The notes under the pieces are model-generated. The model did no database searches. It was not told the origin of the DNA and worked only from the letters and a program-made list of their open reading frames with translations. From an uncultured Candidatus Sumerlaeota bacterium (GTDB lineage Bacteria > Sumerlaeota > Sumerlaeia > MVZB01), in NCBI GenBank assembly GCA_964473105.1, contig CAYYNQ010000042.1:58507-122506 (forward strand): a stretch of DNA of 64,000 bases. The letters are read 5' to 3'. How positions within the stretch are numbered: the first letter of the stretch is position 1; each line of letters begins with the position of its first letter. The position numbers and the translations under genes are program-made. Shown here piece by piece: positions 29,965 to 39,243 of this stretch.

Positions 29965-31391
29965 CGATTTTCCCTTGGAATCATATGTGTGGAGTGCCCC
30001 AAAAAAACCTCAGCCGCCTCCATTATGGTTTCTGAAAGAGTGGGGTGTGGGTGAATGCTTTCCGCAATATCCTCAATATTGGCAGCCATTTCTAGGGCGA
30101 GCACTCCCTCGGCGATCATGTCGCCCGCTCCAACGCCAACCATGCCGACACCCAAGATCCGTCCAGATTCAGGGTCGGCGATCAACTTTGTCAGGCCCTC
30201 CTGTCTAGCAAGCGTTGCGGCCCGGCCCGACGCGGCCCATGGGAAACGACCGATTTCAACTTTAATTCCCTTTTCGGCCGCCTCGTCTTCGGTCAACCCG
30301 GCCCAAGCGATTTCCGGGTCGGTAAAGACCACTGCGGGAATACAGGCCACGTCATAAATTGTTTTTTTACCGGCAATGACTTCGGCGGCAACCTTTGCCT
30401 CCTTCGATGCCTTGTGTGCGAGCATGGGTTCACCCGCAACATCACCGATGGCGAAAATTGACGGATCGGATGTCTGCATTCTTTCGTCTACCTTGATGAA
30501 TCCCCGATCGATGATCTCGACATTTGTATTTTCCAGCCCGAGTTTCCCGGTGTTCGGTGTACGGCCGATCGAAACAAGAACACGGTCATAAGTCTCCTCA
30601 CGTGTCTGGTTTTTATCCTCAAGCAATGCGGTGATACCCTTGTCCGTGGCCTTGAGGGATACAACTCTTGTCTCCAGCATGATTGTTTCAAAAGACCTGT
30701 TGATCCTGTGCTGCAGGGGCTTGACCAGATCGCTGTCAACTCCCGTCAGCAGTGTGGGCGTCATCTCAACCACCGAAACCGCCGAACCCAGTGCTTGGTA
30801 AATTGTTCCCATTTCAAGGCCAATGTATCCGCCGCCGATCACAAGTAATTTGTCCGGGATATCTTTCAGCTCAAGGGACCCGGTCGAGTCCATGACACGT
30901 TCATCACCGATGTTGAATATGTCCGGCACGATTGGGCGTGAACCGGTTGCGATAATACAGTGCCCAAAATCTAATGATTTAGGAATATTGTCGGCGCCCC
31001 GACCGCCCGTCAATTTCAAGGTTTTTGAACAGGAAAATTCCGCGCGAGCATGCAGGTAATTCACCTTGCGTGCATTTGCAAGCTGCCTGATGCCACCCCC
31101 GAGCTTTTCGATCACACCGTCCTTGAAGCCGCGGAGCTTATCGATATTGATCCCGGGTTCACCGAACGTGATCCCCATTTCCGATACTTCACGGGTCTCG
31201 TTGATCAGTCTGGCAATGTGCAGCAGCGCTTTGGAGGGGATGCACCCCCGCTGAAGGCAAACGCCACCCGGTTGTCCCTCATCGTTGACAAGGGTGACCT
31301 TATAACCCATATTTGCCGCATGAAAAGCTGCAGCATAACCACCCGGGCCTGAGCCGATTACAACAACCTGGGTATAGTTATTATCACTCAT
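29961..31391 (-). CDS. lpdA: Dihydrolipoyl dehydrogenase E3
   Basis: GSGPGGY, GGVCLQRGCIPSK, GGGYIGLE, HPHPTLSE. Confidence 0.97.
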   Translation of the reverse strand: MSDNNYTQVVVIGSGPGGYAAAFHAANMGYKVTLVNDEGQPGGVCLQRGCIPSKALLHIARLINETREVSEMGITFGEPGINIDKLRGFKDGVIEKLGGGIRQLANARKVNYLHARAEFSCSKTLKLTGGRGADNIPKSLDFGHCIIATGSRPIVPDIFNIGDERVMDSTGSLELKDIPDKLLVIGGGYIGLEMGTIYQALGSAVSVVEMTPTLLTGVDSDLVKPLQHRINRSFETIMLETRVVSLKATDKGITALLEDKNQTREETYDRVLVSIGRTPNTGKLGLENTNVEIIDRGFIKVDERMQTSDPSIFAIGDVAGEPMLAHKASKEAKVAAEVIAGKKTIYDVACIPAVVFTDPEIAWAGLTEDEAAEKGIKVEIGRFPWAASGRAATLARQEGLTKLIADPESGRILGVGMVGVGAGDMIAEGVLALEMAANIEDIAESIHPHPTLSETIMEAAEVFLGHSTHMIPRENR

Positions 31392-31404
31392 AAGATTCCT
31401 TCCA

Positions 31405-32679
31405 TTACATGCAAAACATTAGGTCAAGAGGATTGCCCATGCATTCGGCCAGCTCGTGAGTAAAGCGCGCGCCTTGAGCACCGTCGATGATCCGGTGGTC
31501 ATATCCCAGGCATAGGGGCAGCATTAGCCTGATCTCAATTTTACCGTTTGTATGGTATACCGGCAATCTTTCTGCCTTGGCGACACCAAGGATGGCAACT
31601 TCGGGAGGGTTGATGATCGGGTTGAACGCGACACCACCGATCCCCCCGAGATTGCTCAGTGTAAACGTACTCCCTCTGAGTTCGTCGGACTTTATATCAC
31701 CTGACCGCGTCCGCCGTGCGATATCATCCAGTTCTCGGATGATATCAAGGATGCTCTTACGGCCGACATCGCGAATGACAGGCACCAAGAGCCCTCGTCC
31801 ACTATCGACGGCAACCCCGACATGAATCTGTTTCTTGAGAAGCAACTGGTTATTCTCCATGTCCAGCTGTGAATTTAATTCCGGGAATTTCTTCAGGAGC
31901 ATGCCAAGGATGCGGATTATCACGGCAGTGACCGTCAGTCTGGGACTGTCCTCGGCAAGTTTCTGATTGTAGTTGTGACGTATTGTGTCGAGTTGTGTGA
32001 TGTCGGCTTTATCGTGCTGGTGGACATGAGGGATGCTTGTCCATGACCGAGTCATTTTTTCCGCGATAATACTGCGTATTTGCGTAAAGGGAATCATCTC
32101 TATGCCGGAGTCCTGATCCGTCAATGCTGGTCTATGCACGCTGGTGATCAGTCCTTTTGCATGGGCCTTGACATCAGAATCCGAAATTCTGCCTCCCGGG
32201 TTTGAGCCCGCGACCTGCGAAATGTCGACCCCCAATTCACGGGCAAGCTTGCGGACGGATGGTGAAGCCGGTGGTGGAGTCACAGCAGGGTTGGTTACCG
32301 GGATGGGTGGTGATAGTGACTTTTCCGGAGCGGGTGAAACCGACGCTGATCTGACTGGTTGGGGTGTTTGTGTTGAATCCGGGATTTCCAGAGCAGGGCC
32401 CGTTGATGTATCGGCCGGATCCGTATCCATTTTTTCCTCCGCATCTTCCTCGACTGTCAGGACAACGGCCCCGACGTCCACCATGCCGCCCTCCGAAACA
32501 TTCAGTGAAGTAATCCTTCCCCCGACTTCTGAAGTGATTTCCAGAGAAGCCTTGTCCGTTTCAATCTCCATGATCACCTGGTTGAGCTGAAGGGTTTCGT
32601 CTACGGCTACAAGTAGGCGAATGACCTTCGCCTGATCAATATTTTCCCCAACTTCGGGCAGCCTGAATTCAATTGCCAT
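31405..32679 (-). CDS. aceF: Pyruvate dehydrogenase E2, dihydrolipoyl acetyltransferase (single lipoyl domain)
   Basis: IETDKA lipoyl motif; PSBD ASPSVRKLARELGVD...GRISDSDV; YDHRIIDG; follows aceE. Confidence 0.92.
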   Translation of the reverse strand: MAIEFRLPEVGENIDQAKVIRLLVAVDETLQLNQVIMEIETDKASLEITSEVGGRITSLNVSEGGMVDVGAVVLTVEEDAEEKMDTDPADTSTGPALEIPDSTQTPQPVRSASVSPAPEKSLSPPIPVTNPAVTPPPASPSVRKLARELGVDISQVAGSNPGGRISDSDVKAHAKGLITSVHRPALTDQDSGIEMIPFTQIRSIIAEKMTRSWTSIPHVHQHDKADITQLDTIRHNYNQKLAEDSPRLTVTAVIIRILGMLLKKFPELNSQLDMENNQLLLKKQIHVGVAVDSGRGLLVPVIRDVGRKSILDIIRELDDIARRTRSGDIKSDELRGSTFTLSNLGGIGGVAFNPIINPPEVAILGVAKAERLPVYHTNGKIEIRLMLPLCLGYDHRIIDGAQGARFTHELAECMGNPLDLMFCM

Positions 32680-32708
32680 GATCTGGTGTTTTCCTGTTCC
32701 GGAACCTT

Positions 32709-35399
32709 CTAGGAATTGAGCGGGTTGAGCTTCTCAGGATTGATGGAAAGATCCCTGATGGCCCCGGTCACGGTATCCATCGGGATCTGGCCATCGAGGG
32801 CCAGCCCGTAAAGTGCAGCCAACACAATGTATCGGCTGTCCACCTCGAAGAAGTTCCTCAGGGCCTCGCGTGAATCGCTGCGTCCAAAACCGTCGGTCCC
32901 GAGTGTCATGAACCGGCCCGGCACAGATGCGCTGATCAGGTCCGGCAATGCCCTGACATAATCCGATGCCGCAACATAAACCGCCTGTTCGTCCTTCAGT
33001 AGTTCGCGGGCATAGGATATCCGGGGTTTCTCGCCGGGATGCATCATGTTCCACCGGCAGGTCTCTTGCTGGTCCATATAGAGTTGCTTGTAGCTGGTTA
33101 CGCTGTAGATGTTGGAAGCCACATTGTATTTCTCTTCCAGAAGCAGTGCCGCCTCAATGGCATGATTCAGGATCGGCCCGCTACCCAAGAGATTTGCCGT
33201 TGGTCCGTTGCTGTCCATATCCGATCGTTTCAGGGTATAAATCCCACGAATGATCCCATCCTTCACACCATCAGGCATGGGTGGCTGGGGGTAATTCTCA
33301 TTATAGGCCGTGATGTAGTAGAAAATATTCTCCTGTTCCACATACATGCGGTGGATTCCATCCTCAACAATCACTGCAGCTTCGTAGGCAAAAGCCGGAT
33401 CATAGGCGCGAAGGTTGGGCTGGGGGTAAGCAAGCAGGTGACTATGGCCGTCTTCATGCTGCAAACCTTCTCCATTTAACGTGGTTCTGCCGGCGGTTGC
33501 ACCAATTAGAAATCCCTTGGCGCGCATGTCACCCGCGAGCCAGACCAGGTCGCCTATGCGCTGCATGCCGAACATGGAATAAAAGAGAAAAAAGGGGATC
33601 ATGTTAATACCGTGGGTTGAATAAGCCGTCCCGGCTGCAATGAACGATGACATTGAGCCGGCCTCAGTGATTCCCTCCTCGAGGATCTGCCCGTCCTGTG
33701 CTTCCTTGTAGTAGAGCAGGCTGCTGGCATCGACCGGTTCATAGAGCTGGCCAACGTGTGAGTAGATTCCACATTGGCGAAACATGGCCTCCATCCCGAA
33801 AGTTCGCGCTTCATCCGGGACAATGGGGACAATATTTTTGCCGACTGAGGCATCCTTTATCAGCCGGGAAAGAATTCGAACGATTACCATGGTGGTGGAA
33901 ACCGCCCGGTCATCGGTGCTGGCATAAAATTCCCTGAAGACCCCCGGGTCGACCATATCAAGGGCGGAAGCGGATATGAGACGTTTAGGTGTATATCCAC
34001 CCAGCATTGTGCGTTGCCCGTGGAGATATTTCATATCCACGCTGTTATCGTCAGGTTTGTAGAAAGGTGCATCTGCAACATCCGTGTCGCTAATGGGTAT
34101 CCCGAAGCGGGTGCGGAATTTCCGAAGTTCCTCCTCGTTCAGCTGCTTTTGCTGGTGCGTGATATTGCGACCCTCGCCAGCTTCACCGAGGCCATATCCC
34201 TTGACGGTGTGTGCAAGAATGACCGTAGGGGAACCCCGGTTTTCGACAGCAGCCTTGTATGCGGCGTGGACTTTTTGGGGGTCATGTCCGCCCCTGCGCA
34301 GTTTTTTGAGTTCCTCATCACTGAGGTGTTCGACCATCTTTAGGAGCTCAGGATATTTCCCGAAGAATTCCCTGCGGATATAGGCCCCCGATTCAACGCT
34401 CAATTTCTGCTGTTCCCCATCAATCAACTCACCCAGACGTTTGATCAGCAGGCCGGTATCATCGTGGGCAAGCAGGCTGTCCCACTCGCTCCCCCATAGA
34501 ACCTTGATGACATTCCAACCTGCACCCCTGAATGCAGCCTCAAGTTCATCGACCACTCTTGAATTACCGCGGACAGGTCCGTCAAGGCGTTGCAGATTGC
34601 AGTTGATGACAAATATCAGGTTTTCAAGTTGTTCCCGGGATGCCAGGTTGATTGCACCCAGAGTCTCAGGTTCATCGGTTTCTCCATCACCCAGAAAGCA
34701 CCAGACCTTGCAATCCTGTGTATTCTTGATCCCCCTGTCCTTAAGATATTCATTGAAGCGAGCCTGATAGATGGCGGTGATTGGGCCTAGTCCCATCGAG
34801 ACGGTGGGGAATTGCCAGAAATCCGGCATCAACCATGGATGTGGATATGAGGACAGGCCGCCCTCGGGCTGGAGTTCGCGCCGGAAGTTGTTCAGGTGTT
34901 CTTCAGAGAGGCGACCTTCGAGGAACGCCCGGGCATAAATACCCGGTGAAGCGTGCCCCTGAAAGAAGACTTGGTCACCCGAAAAGTCGCAGTTCGGCGA
35001 ACGGAAGAAATGGTTGAAGCCAACCTCGATCAAGGTGGCCGCGGAGGCATAGGTCGAGATATGTCCGCCGATTCCGTCGGAGTGGCGATTCGCACGCACA
35101 ACCATTGCCATTGCATTCCAACGAATATAACTTTTAAGCCGACGCTCTATGTCCCGGTTGCCCGGGTATAGAGGCTGCTGGTCGATGGGGATGGTATTGA
35201 CATAGGGCGTGATTCGGGTGTAGGGAAGCTGAACACCCTGATTATATGCGTATTTGTCTAGGAAACTGATCAACTGGCTAACCCGGGCAGGGCCGGAACG
35301 TGACAGGACCTCTTGAAGTGATTCAAGCCATTCCCGCGTCTCGAGGGGATCATTGTCGAAGTTGGAATCCGGAGATGGGGTTGTCTGTCGGCCCTGCAT
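32709..35399 (-). CDS. aceE: Pyruvate dehydrogenase E1, homodimeric type
   Basis: IRWNA, GGHISTY, FPTVSMGLGP, GDGETDEPE, NCNLQRLDGPV, GEGLQH. Confidence 0.98.
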   Translation of the reverse strand: MQGRQTTPSPDSNFDNDPLETREWLESLQEVLSRSGPARVSQLISFLDKYAYNQGVQLPYTRITPYVNTIPIDQQPLYPGNRDIERRLKSYIRWNAMAMVVRANRHSDGIGGHISTYASAATLIEVGFNHFFRSPNCDFSGDQVFFQGHASPGIYARAFLEGRLSEEHLNNFRRELQPEGGLSSYPHPWLMPDFWQFPTVSMGLGPITAIYQARFNEYLKDRGIKNTQDCKVWCFLGDGETDEPETLGAINLASREQLENLIFVINCNLQRLDGPVRGNSRVVDELEAAFRGAGWNVIKVLWGSEWDSLLAHDDTGLLIKRLGELIDGEQQKLSVESGAYIRREFFGKYPELLKMVEHLSDEELKKLRRGGHDPQKVHAAYKAAVENRGSPTVILAHTVKGYGLGEAGEGRNITHQQKQLNEEELRKFRTRFGIPISDTDVADAPFYKPDDNSVDMKYLHGQRTMLGGYTPKRLISASALDMVDPGVFREFYASTDDRAVSTTMVIVRILSRLIKDASVGKNIVPIVPDEARTFGMEAMFRQCGIYSHVGQLYEPVDASSLLYYKEAQDGQILEEGITEAGSMSSFIAAGTAYSTHGINMIPFFLFYSMFGMQRIGDLVWLAGDMRAKGFLIGATAGRTTLNGEGLQHEDGHSHLLAYPQPNLRAYDPAFAYEAAVIVEDGIHRMYVEQENIFYYITAYNENYPQPPMPDGVKDGIIRGIYTLKRSDMDSNGPTANLLGSGPILNHAIEAALLLEEKYNVASNIYSVTSYKQLYMDQQETCRWNMMHPGEKPRISYARELLKDEQAVYVAASDYVRALPDLISASVPGRFMTLGTDGFGRSDSREALRNFFEVDSRYIVLAALYGLALDGQIPMDTVTGAIRDLSINPEKLNPLNS

Positions 35400-35748
35400 A
35401 TGTACGGATGATGACTTTCTTGGATTCTAAGGCCTGTGTGGTCGGGCGAAGGTTTCAGGCATCGCGTCGGTTGCCAGCAGCGGAGGTCTTTGGGATCCGG
35501 GAACGAGGGGTGGCAGACCGATATGCCGATTCCGAATCTTGACTAGCTATGTCATCGTGAACCCACGGATGCCAATCTGTCGGGCCAGTCTCGTCACTTA
35601 TGTTAAGTTAACCGGTAAAGACAATCAAAAGAAACATGCATGAGGAAGTTTCCGAGGGAGTGCATTCGTCGAAGACATGAGGCCGTATTTCATACGGTCT
35701 GCGGGCGTCCATGAGGGCTATTTCCCGCCCGCCACGATGCCTTTTTCT

Positions 35749-36306
35749 TCACTCCATTTCGAGGCTCGGTTTGTTCAGGAACATATCCTCCTGATCACAT
35801 TCCCTGAGCACCCTGTGAACAAGGGCGAAAAAAAACTCACGTTGTTCATTCAGCGCCGAAACAAACCTTGAGCGTAAAGCCAGGGCATGTTCGGGTGCAA
35901 TCTTGCGAAAGGCCTGTGCATATTCCCTTTCCATGACATCGAGATAGGGGAGATCTATTTCCTCGTCCAACATTGTGGCAAGACGGTTTCGGGCTTCCCT
36001 GTCTAGGTTGCGAACGCGTTTGATCAGTGTTTCAATTGCCCTGACGTTCTGCTGCGGGTTGGGGAAGCTAGATGGTAGTTCCATATCGAAAATATCCCTT
36101 TCAAACCGGGTCAGGGTTTTTCTGGGCCCTGAACCGGATTCCAGTCTCAACCATGCGGCCCCAGAGTCTGTATTTACAACTAGCAATTCTCCGGCCAAAT
36201 AAACCCACCCAATATTCACCGAAATTCCTGTATTAATTACAGGATGAACCCAGTTCAGGGTAGTTTTGTCCCCCCGAGTTGCAAATAGAGCGCCAGGAAT
36301 GTGCAA
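35749..36306 (-). CDS. Hypothetical protein
   Basis: 185-aa ORF with protein-like composition filling the gap upstream of aceE; TTG start uncertain. Confidence 0.55.
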   Translation of the reverse strand: MHIPGALFATRGDKTTLNWVHPVINTGISVNIGWVYLAGELLVVNTDSGAAWLRLESGSGPRKTLTRFERDIFDMELPSSFPNPQQNVRAIETLIKRVRNLDREARNRLATMLDEEIDLPYLDVMEREYAQAFRKIAPEHALALRSRFVSALNEQREFFFALVHRVLRECDQEDMFLNKPSLEME

Positions 36307-36498
36307 TTCAGTTCAGGGTTTTCAGGCCATTCCCGACTGTCCGGTCGCAATCCCTTTCTTTTCGCCGGACAATTACAACCGTTCCCGAAAGATCCATTCT
36401 TCTGGGAAACCAGGGTGAAAGGGGTCAAGGGCCTGATCTCATCAACGATCATGGTAATTACAATTGCCAATATGCATTTCACAGGTTACGGGTTGGTG

Positions 36499-37599
36499 AT
36501 GATTGTCTACTATGTCAGTGGCCATGGTTATGGACATGCGGTCCGGTCGTGCAGGGTCATCAAGAAGCTTCCCGCGTACATTCCGATAACCATCTGCAGC
36601 AGTATCCCCAAAAGCTTTTTTAGCCGGGAACTGAACACCCGGTCATTTCAGTTCAGGAGCGCGGAATTTGATTGTGGCGTCCTCGGCCCCGACAGTACGC
36701 GGATAAACCTAGAGCAGACAATTAGCCGGGCCGAAGAACTCTCTTTTTGCAATGACGATCTGGAACCCTCGGAAATTGACTGGTTAAAGCAAAAGCAGGC
36801 GCGTCTAGTCGTTGCAGATATCGTCCCGTTTGCCCTCAGGGTGGCAGCCGGTGCCGGGATCAGGTCGATACTATTAGCCAATTTTACATGGTCCGGGATT
36901 TATAAGCATCTTCTTGCACGAGATGATGTCTCCAATGAGCTTCACCAGCGCATGCGGGTAGTTCTTGACACCTTGGAAAAGGATGAATCCCGCGGCGATT
37001 TGCTGCTTGTCGTGTCGATGGATCTGCCGATGGAAGCTTGTCGAATGCAGGAAAAGGTTCCCATTATTGCTCGCAGGGGGATCAGCTGCAGAAAGGAATT
37101 GATCAAGGTTCTTGGCCTTGATCTCGCGAGACCAACTTATCTGCTTTATCTTGGCGCAAATGGGTTTGGTCGCATCGATTGGTCATTTATTCAAAAACTG
37201 GATGGCATTCAGCTGTTAAGTTATCATCCCCCTCCCGGAACGGAGGATCATGTCATTGCTGTCGACGCTGACCGGTTCGATCACGCCGATGTGACTGCAT
37301 CGGTGAATGCCGTTATTGCAAAGCCGGGATACAATGCCTGCGGGGAGTGTATTGCTGCGAACACGCCTTTGCTGTATCCCCCACGTGAGGGATTTGCAGA
37401 GACCAAGGCCATCGAAAGAACCCTTCGTGAATGGGGTGGTGCCCTCAGAATCGAATCCGAAAAATTCCGTTGTCTTGAATGGCTGCCCTACCTGGATAGG
37501 CTCAAACATCTTGAATTTAGACGGGGTAAAATTTCATGCGATGGCGCAGCCATTTGCGCGGAGGCTATCATGAGCTACTATTATGGCAGGGCAACCTGA
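36499..37599 (+). CDS. GT-B fold glycosyltransferase-like protein resembling the N-terminal domain of plant L-arabinokinase
   Basis: YYVSGHGYGHAVR, VVADIVP, NFTW..IY, VIAKPGY..CGEC, REGFAE; the domain begins at ATG 36499 rather than 36301. Confidence 0.75.
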   Translation: MIVYYVSGHGYGHAVRSCRVIKKLPAYIPITICSSIPKSFFSRELNTRSFQFRSAEFDCGVLGPDSTRINLEQTISRAEELSFCNDDLEPSEIDWLKQKQARLVVADIVPFALRVAAGAGIRSILLANFTWSGIYKHLLARDDVSNELHQRMRVVLDTLEKDESRGDLLLVVSMDLPMEACRMQEKVPIIARRGISCRKELIKVLGLDLARPTYLLYLGANGFGRIDWSFIQKLDGIQLLSYHPPPGTEDHVIAVDADRFDHADVTASVNAVIAKPGYNACGECIAANTPLLYPPREGFAETKAIERTLREWGGALRIESEKFRCLEWLPYLDRLKHLEFRRGKISCDGAAICAEAIMSYYYGRAT

Positions 37600-37624
37600 T
37601 ACAGTCAGAAAGGGCATGGTCCGC

Positions 37625-38893
37625 CTATCGGTAATTTGGCCAGTCCCTGGCGGAGGTATCCTTCAGCGTGGCAATTAAAGCCCGCATCTCGGTTTCCTGC
37701 TGGTTCACCTTACTCTGTTGATAAACGGGCATTTCAAACCATTCCGTTGTTTCTTGGAATTCATCGGTCAGGCGGAGATAATCGTTTAGCATGTCAAACA
37801 CAAAGTCCCTGTCTTGGGTTACGGCATCTGTTGCGTAAGGGACAATCGCATCCAGCACATCCGGATGAAACCAGCTCCTGACCTGTTGTTGGTAAAAACC
37901 GGCGTTGCCGAACGGCGAATAGGGGTCAGGCGCCATCGCATCCATCCCATCGAGTATGTGACGAGGCCCCTCAACAATGGTATACATCTTTGGAAATCCC
38001 GCTGTCAGATTATAACTGACATGGTACGACGGATTAGGCATGCCCGCGTCACCGCCGCTATAATTCGGCCCTTTTGGCCCGGAAAGACCCCCCGCCATGT
38101 TGGTGATGGCCGTAAGGTTTTGATTGGTCAGCATGTCTCCGCCTCGACCGCCGGTACCAGGCCGTCCTCCAGCCAAGGCATCGGTGCCATTGTTGGGCCA
38201 GTCATCTTCCCCGAAGATGTCCAATTGGTCACCGCCCAGGCTCAGGTCGAACATATAGACCGTTCCGGCGATGTATTCATTGATGGATGGGAAATCATAA
38301 ATATTGCTATATTCATCCATTGAATCACCGTCCACGCCATCATACCCGGGGCCGGGTTGCTGCCCGCCCGCTCCCATAAGGTCAAATCTGGCAAAGGTAT
38401 CGGCCGGAATCTCAAGGCTCTCGGCAAAACAGTAGACATCACCACCGTCCAGCCCATCACCACCGTCTGCGCCTTCAGCGGGGGCTGAAAGGTTGAACAG
38501 GGGGGTTGTCCGGATATAAGTACGGGGTTCTCCGACTTTATCGACGAATGTCAATTTGCGGGCGTGAATCCTGACCTCGGTTTGCGGGAGATGAAAAGGG
38601 CTGCGGATAACCACCTCATCGGCAAATACGTGGTATCGTCGTATATGGTGGACATTATGGTAGGGTGCATGAAGGTTTTGAATCAGGTCCTCGGCATCGA
38701 TCATGACAGACATACCGGTGAGATGGATGTCTGAGACCGGGCGCAAGGCATGGTTGAAGTTGATATCGGGGCTCGATGTCTCGGTTATGTTTAGGTAATC
38801 CGTGCTGAAAGGATCGGGCAGGGTGGCAAGAATCCCAGTATTGATAAATCCTAGGAGGACAAAGACGGGCAGGGTTGTGGGATATTTTTTCAT
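37625..38893 (-). CDS. Secreted Gly/Asp-rich hypothetical protein
   Basis: Signal-peptide-like N-terminus; short Gly-rich runs (GADGGDGLDGG, GGRPGTGGRGG); helical C-terminus. Confidence 0.75.
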   Translation of the reverse strand: MKKYPTTLPVFVLLGFINTGILATLPDPFSTDYLNITETSSPDINFNHALRPVSDIHLTGMSVMIDAEDLIQNLHAPYHNVHHIRRYHVFADEVVIRSPFHLPQTEVRIHARKLTFVDKVGEPRTYIRTTPLFNLSAPAEGADGGDGLDGGDVYCFAESLEIPADTFARFDLMGAGGQQPGPGYDGVDGDSMDEYSNIYDFPSINEYIAGTVYMFDLSLGGDQLDIFGEDDWPNNGTDALAGGRPGTGGRGGDMLTNQNLTAITNMAGGLSGPKGPNYSGGDAGMPNPSYHVSYNLTAGFPKMYTIVEGPRHILDGMDAMAPDPYSPFGNAGFYQQQVRSWFHPDVLDAIVPYATDAVTQDRDFVFDMLNDYLRLTDEFQETTEWFEMPVYQQSKVNQQETEMRALIATLKDTSARDWPNYR

Positions 38894-39243
38894 TAAAAGG
38901 ATCGATCAGTGTGGCTCAGTACGGAAACCTGCCTTAAAGAAAACCCGCCTGACCTGCCTTGCGCCCTGTCCTGCATTGTGACATGGGTTTTTGCGCTCAC
39001 AGCCTAGTGAAACAGGTTAAAAACCTCAAATACAGATGTAAATATCATGTGGATCGTGATCATCATTTTCCCGAACACGATCATGACAGAGAAAAGGGCG
39101 ACTCTGGGGATATTCAGGTTTTCCAGCCGGGGCGGCTGGATGTTTAAGATAGATCGCGTCAGCCTTTCAGGAATTTATCGAGAGGTTTACGAGACAAGAT
39201 CTATCTGGAGTTTCCAGACCTGGATTCAGGGAATGTGGGGCAA

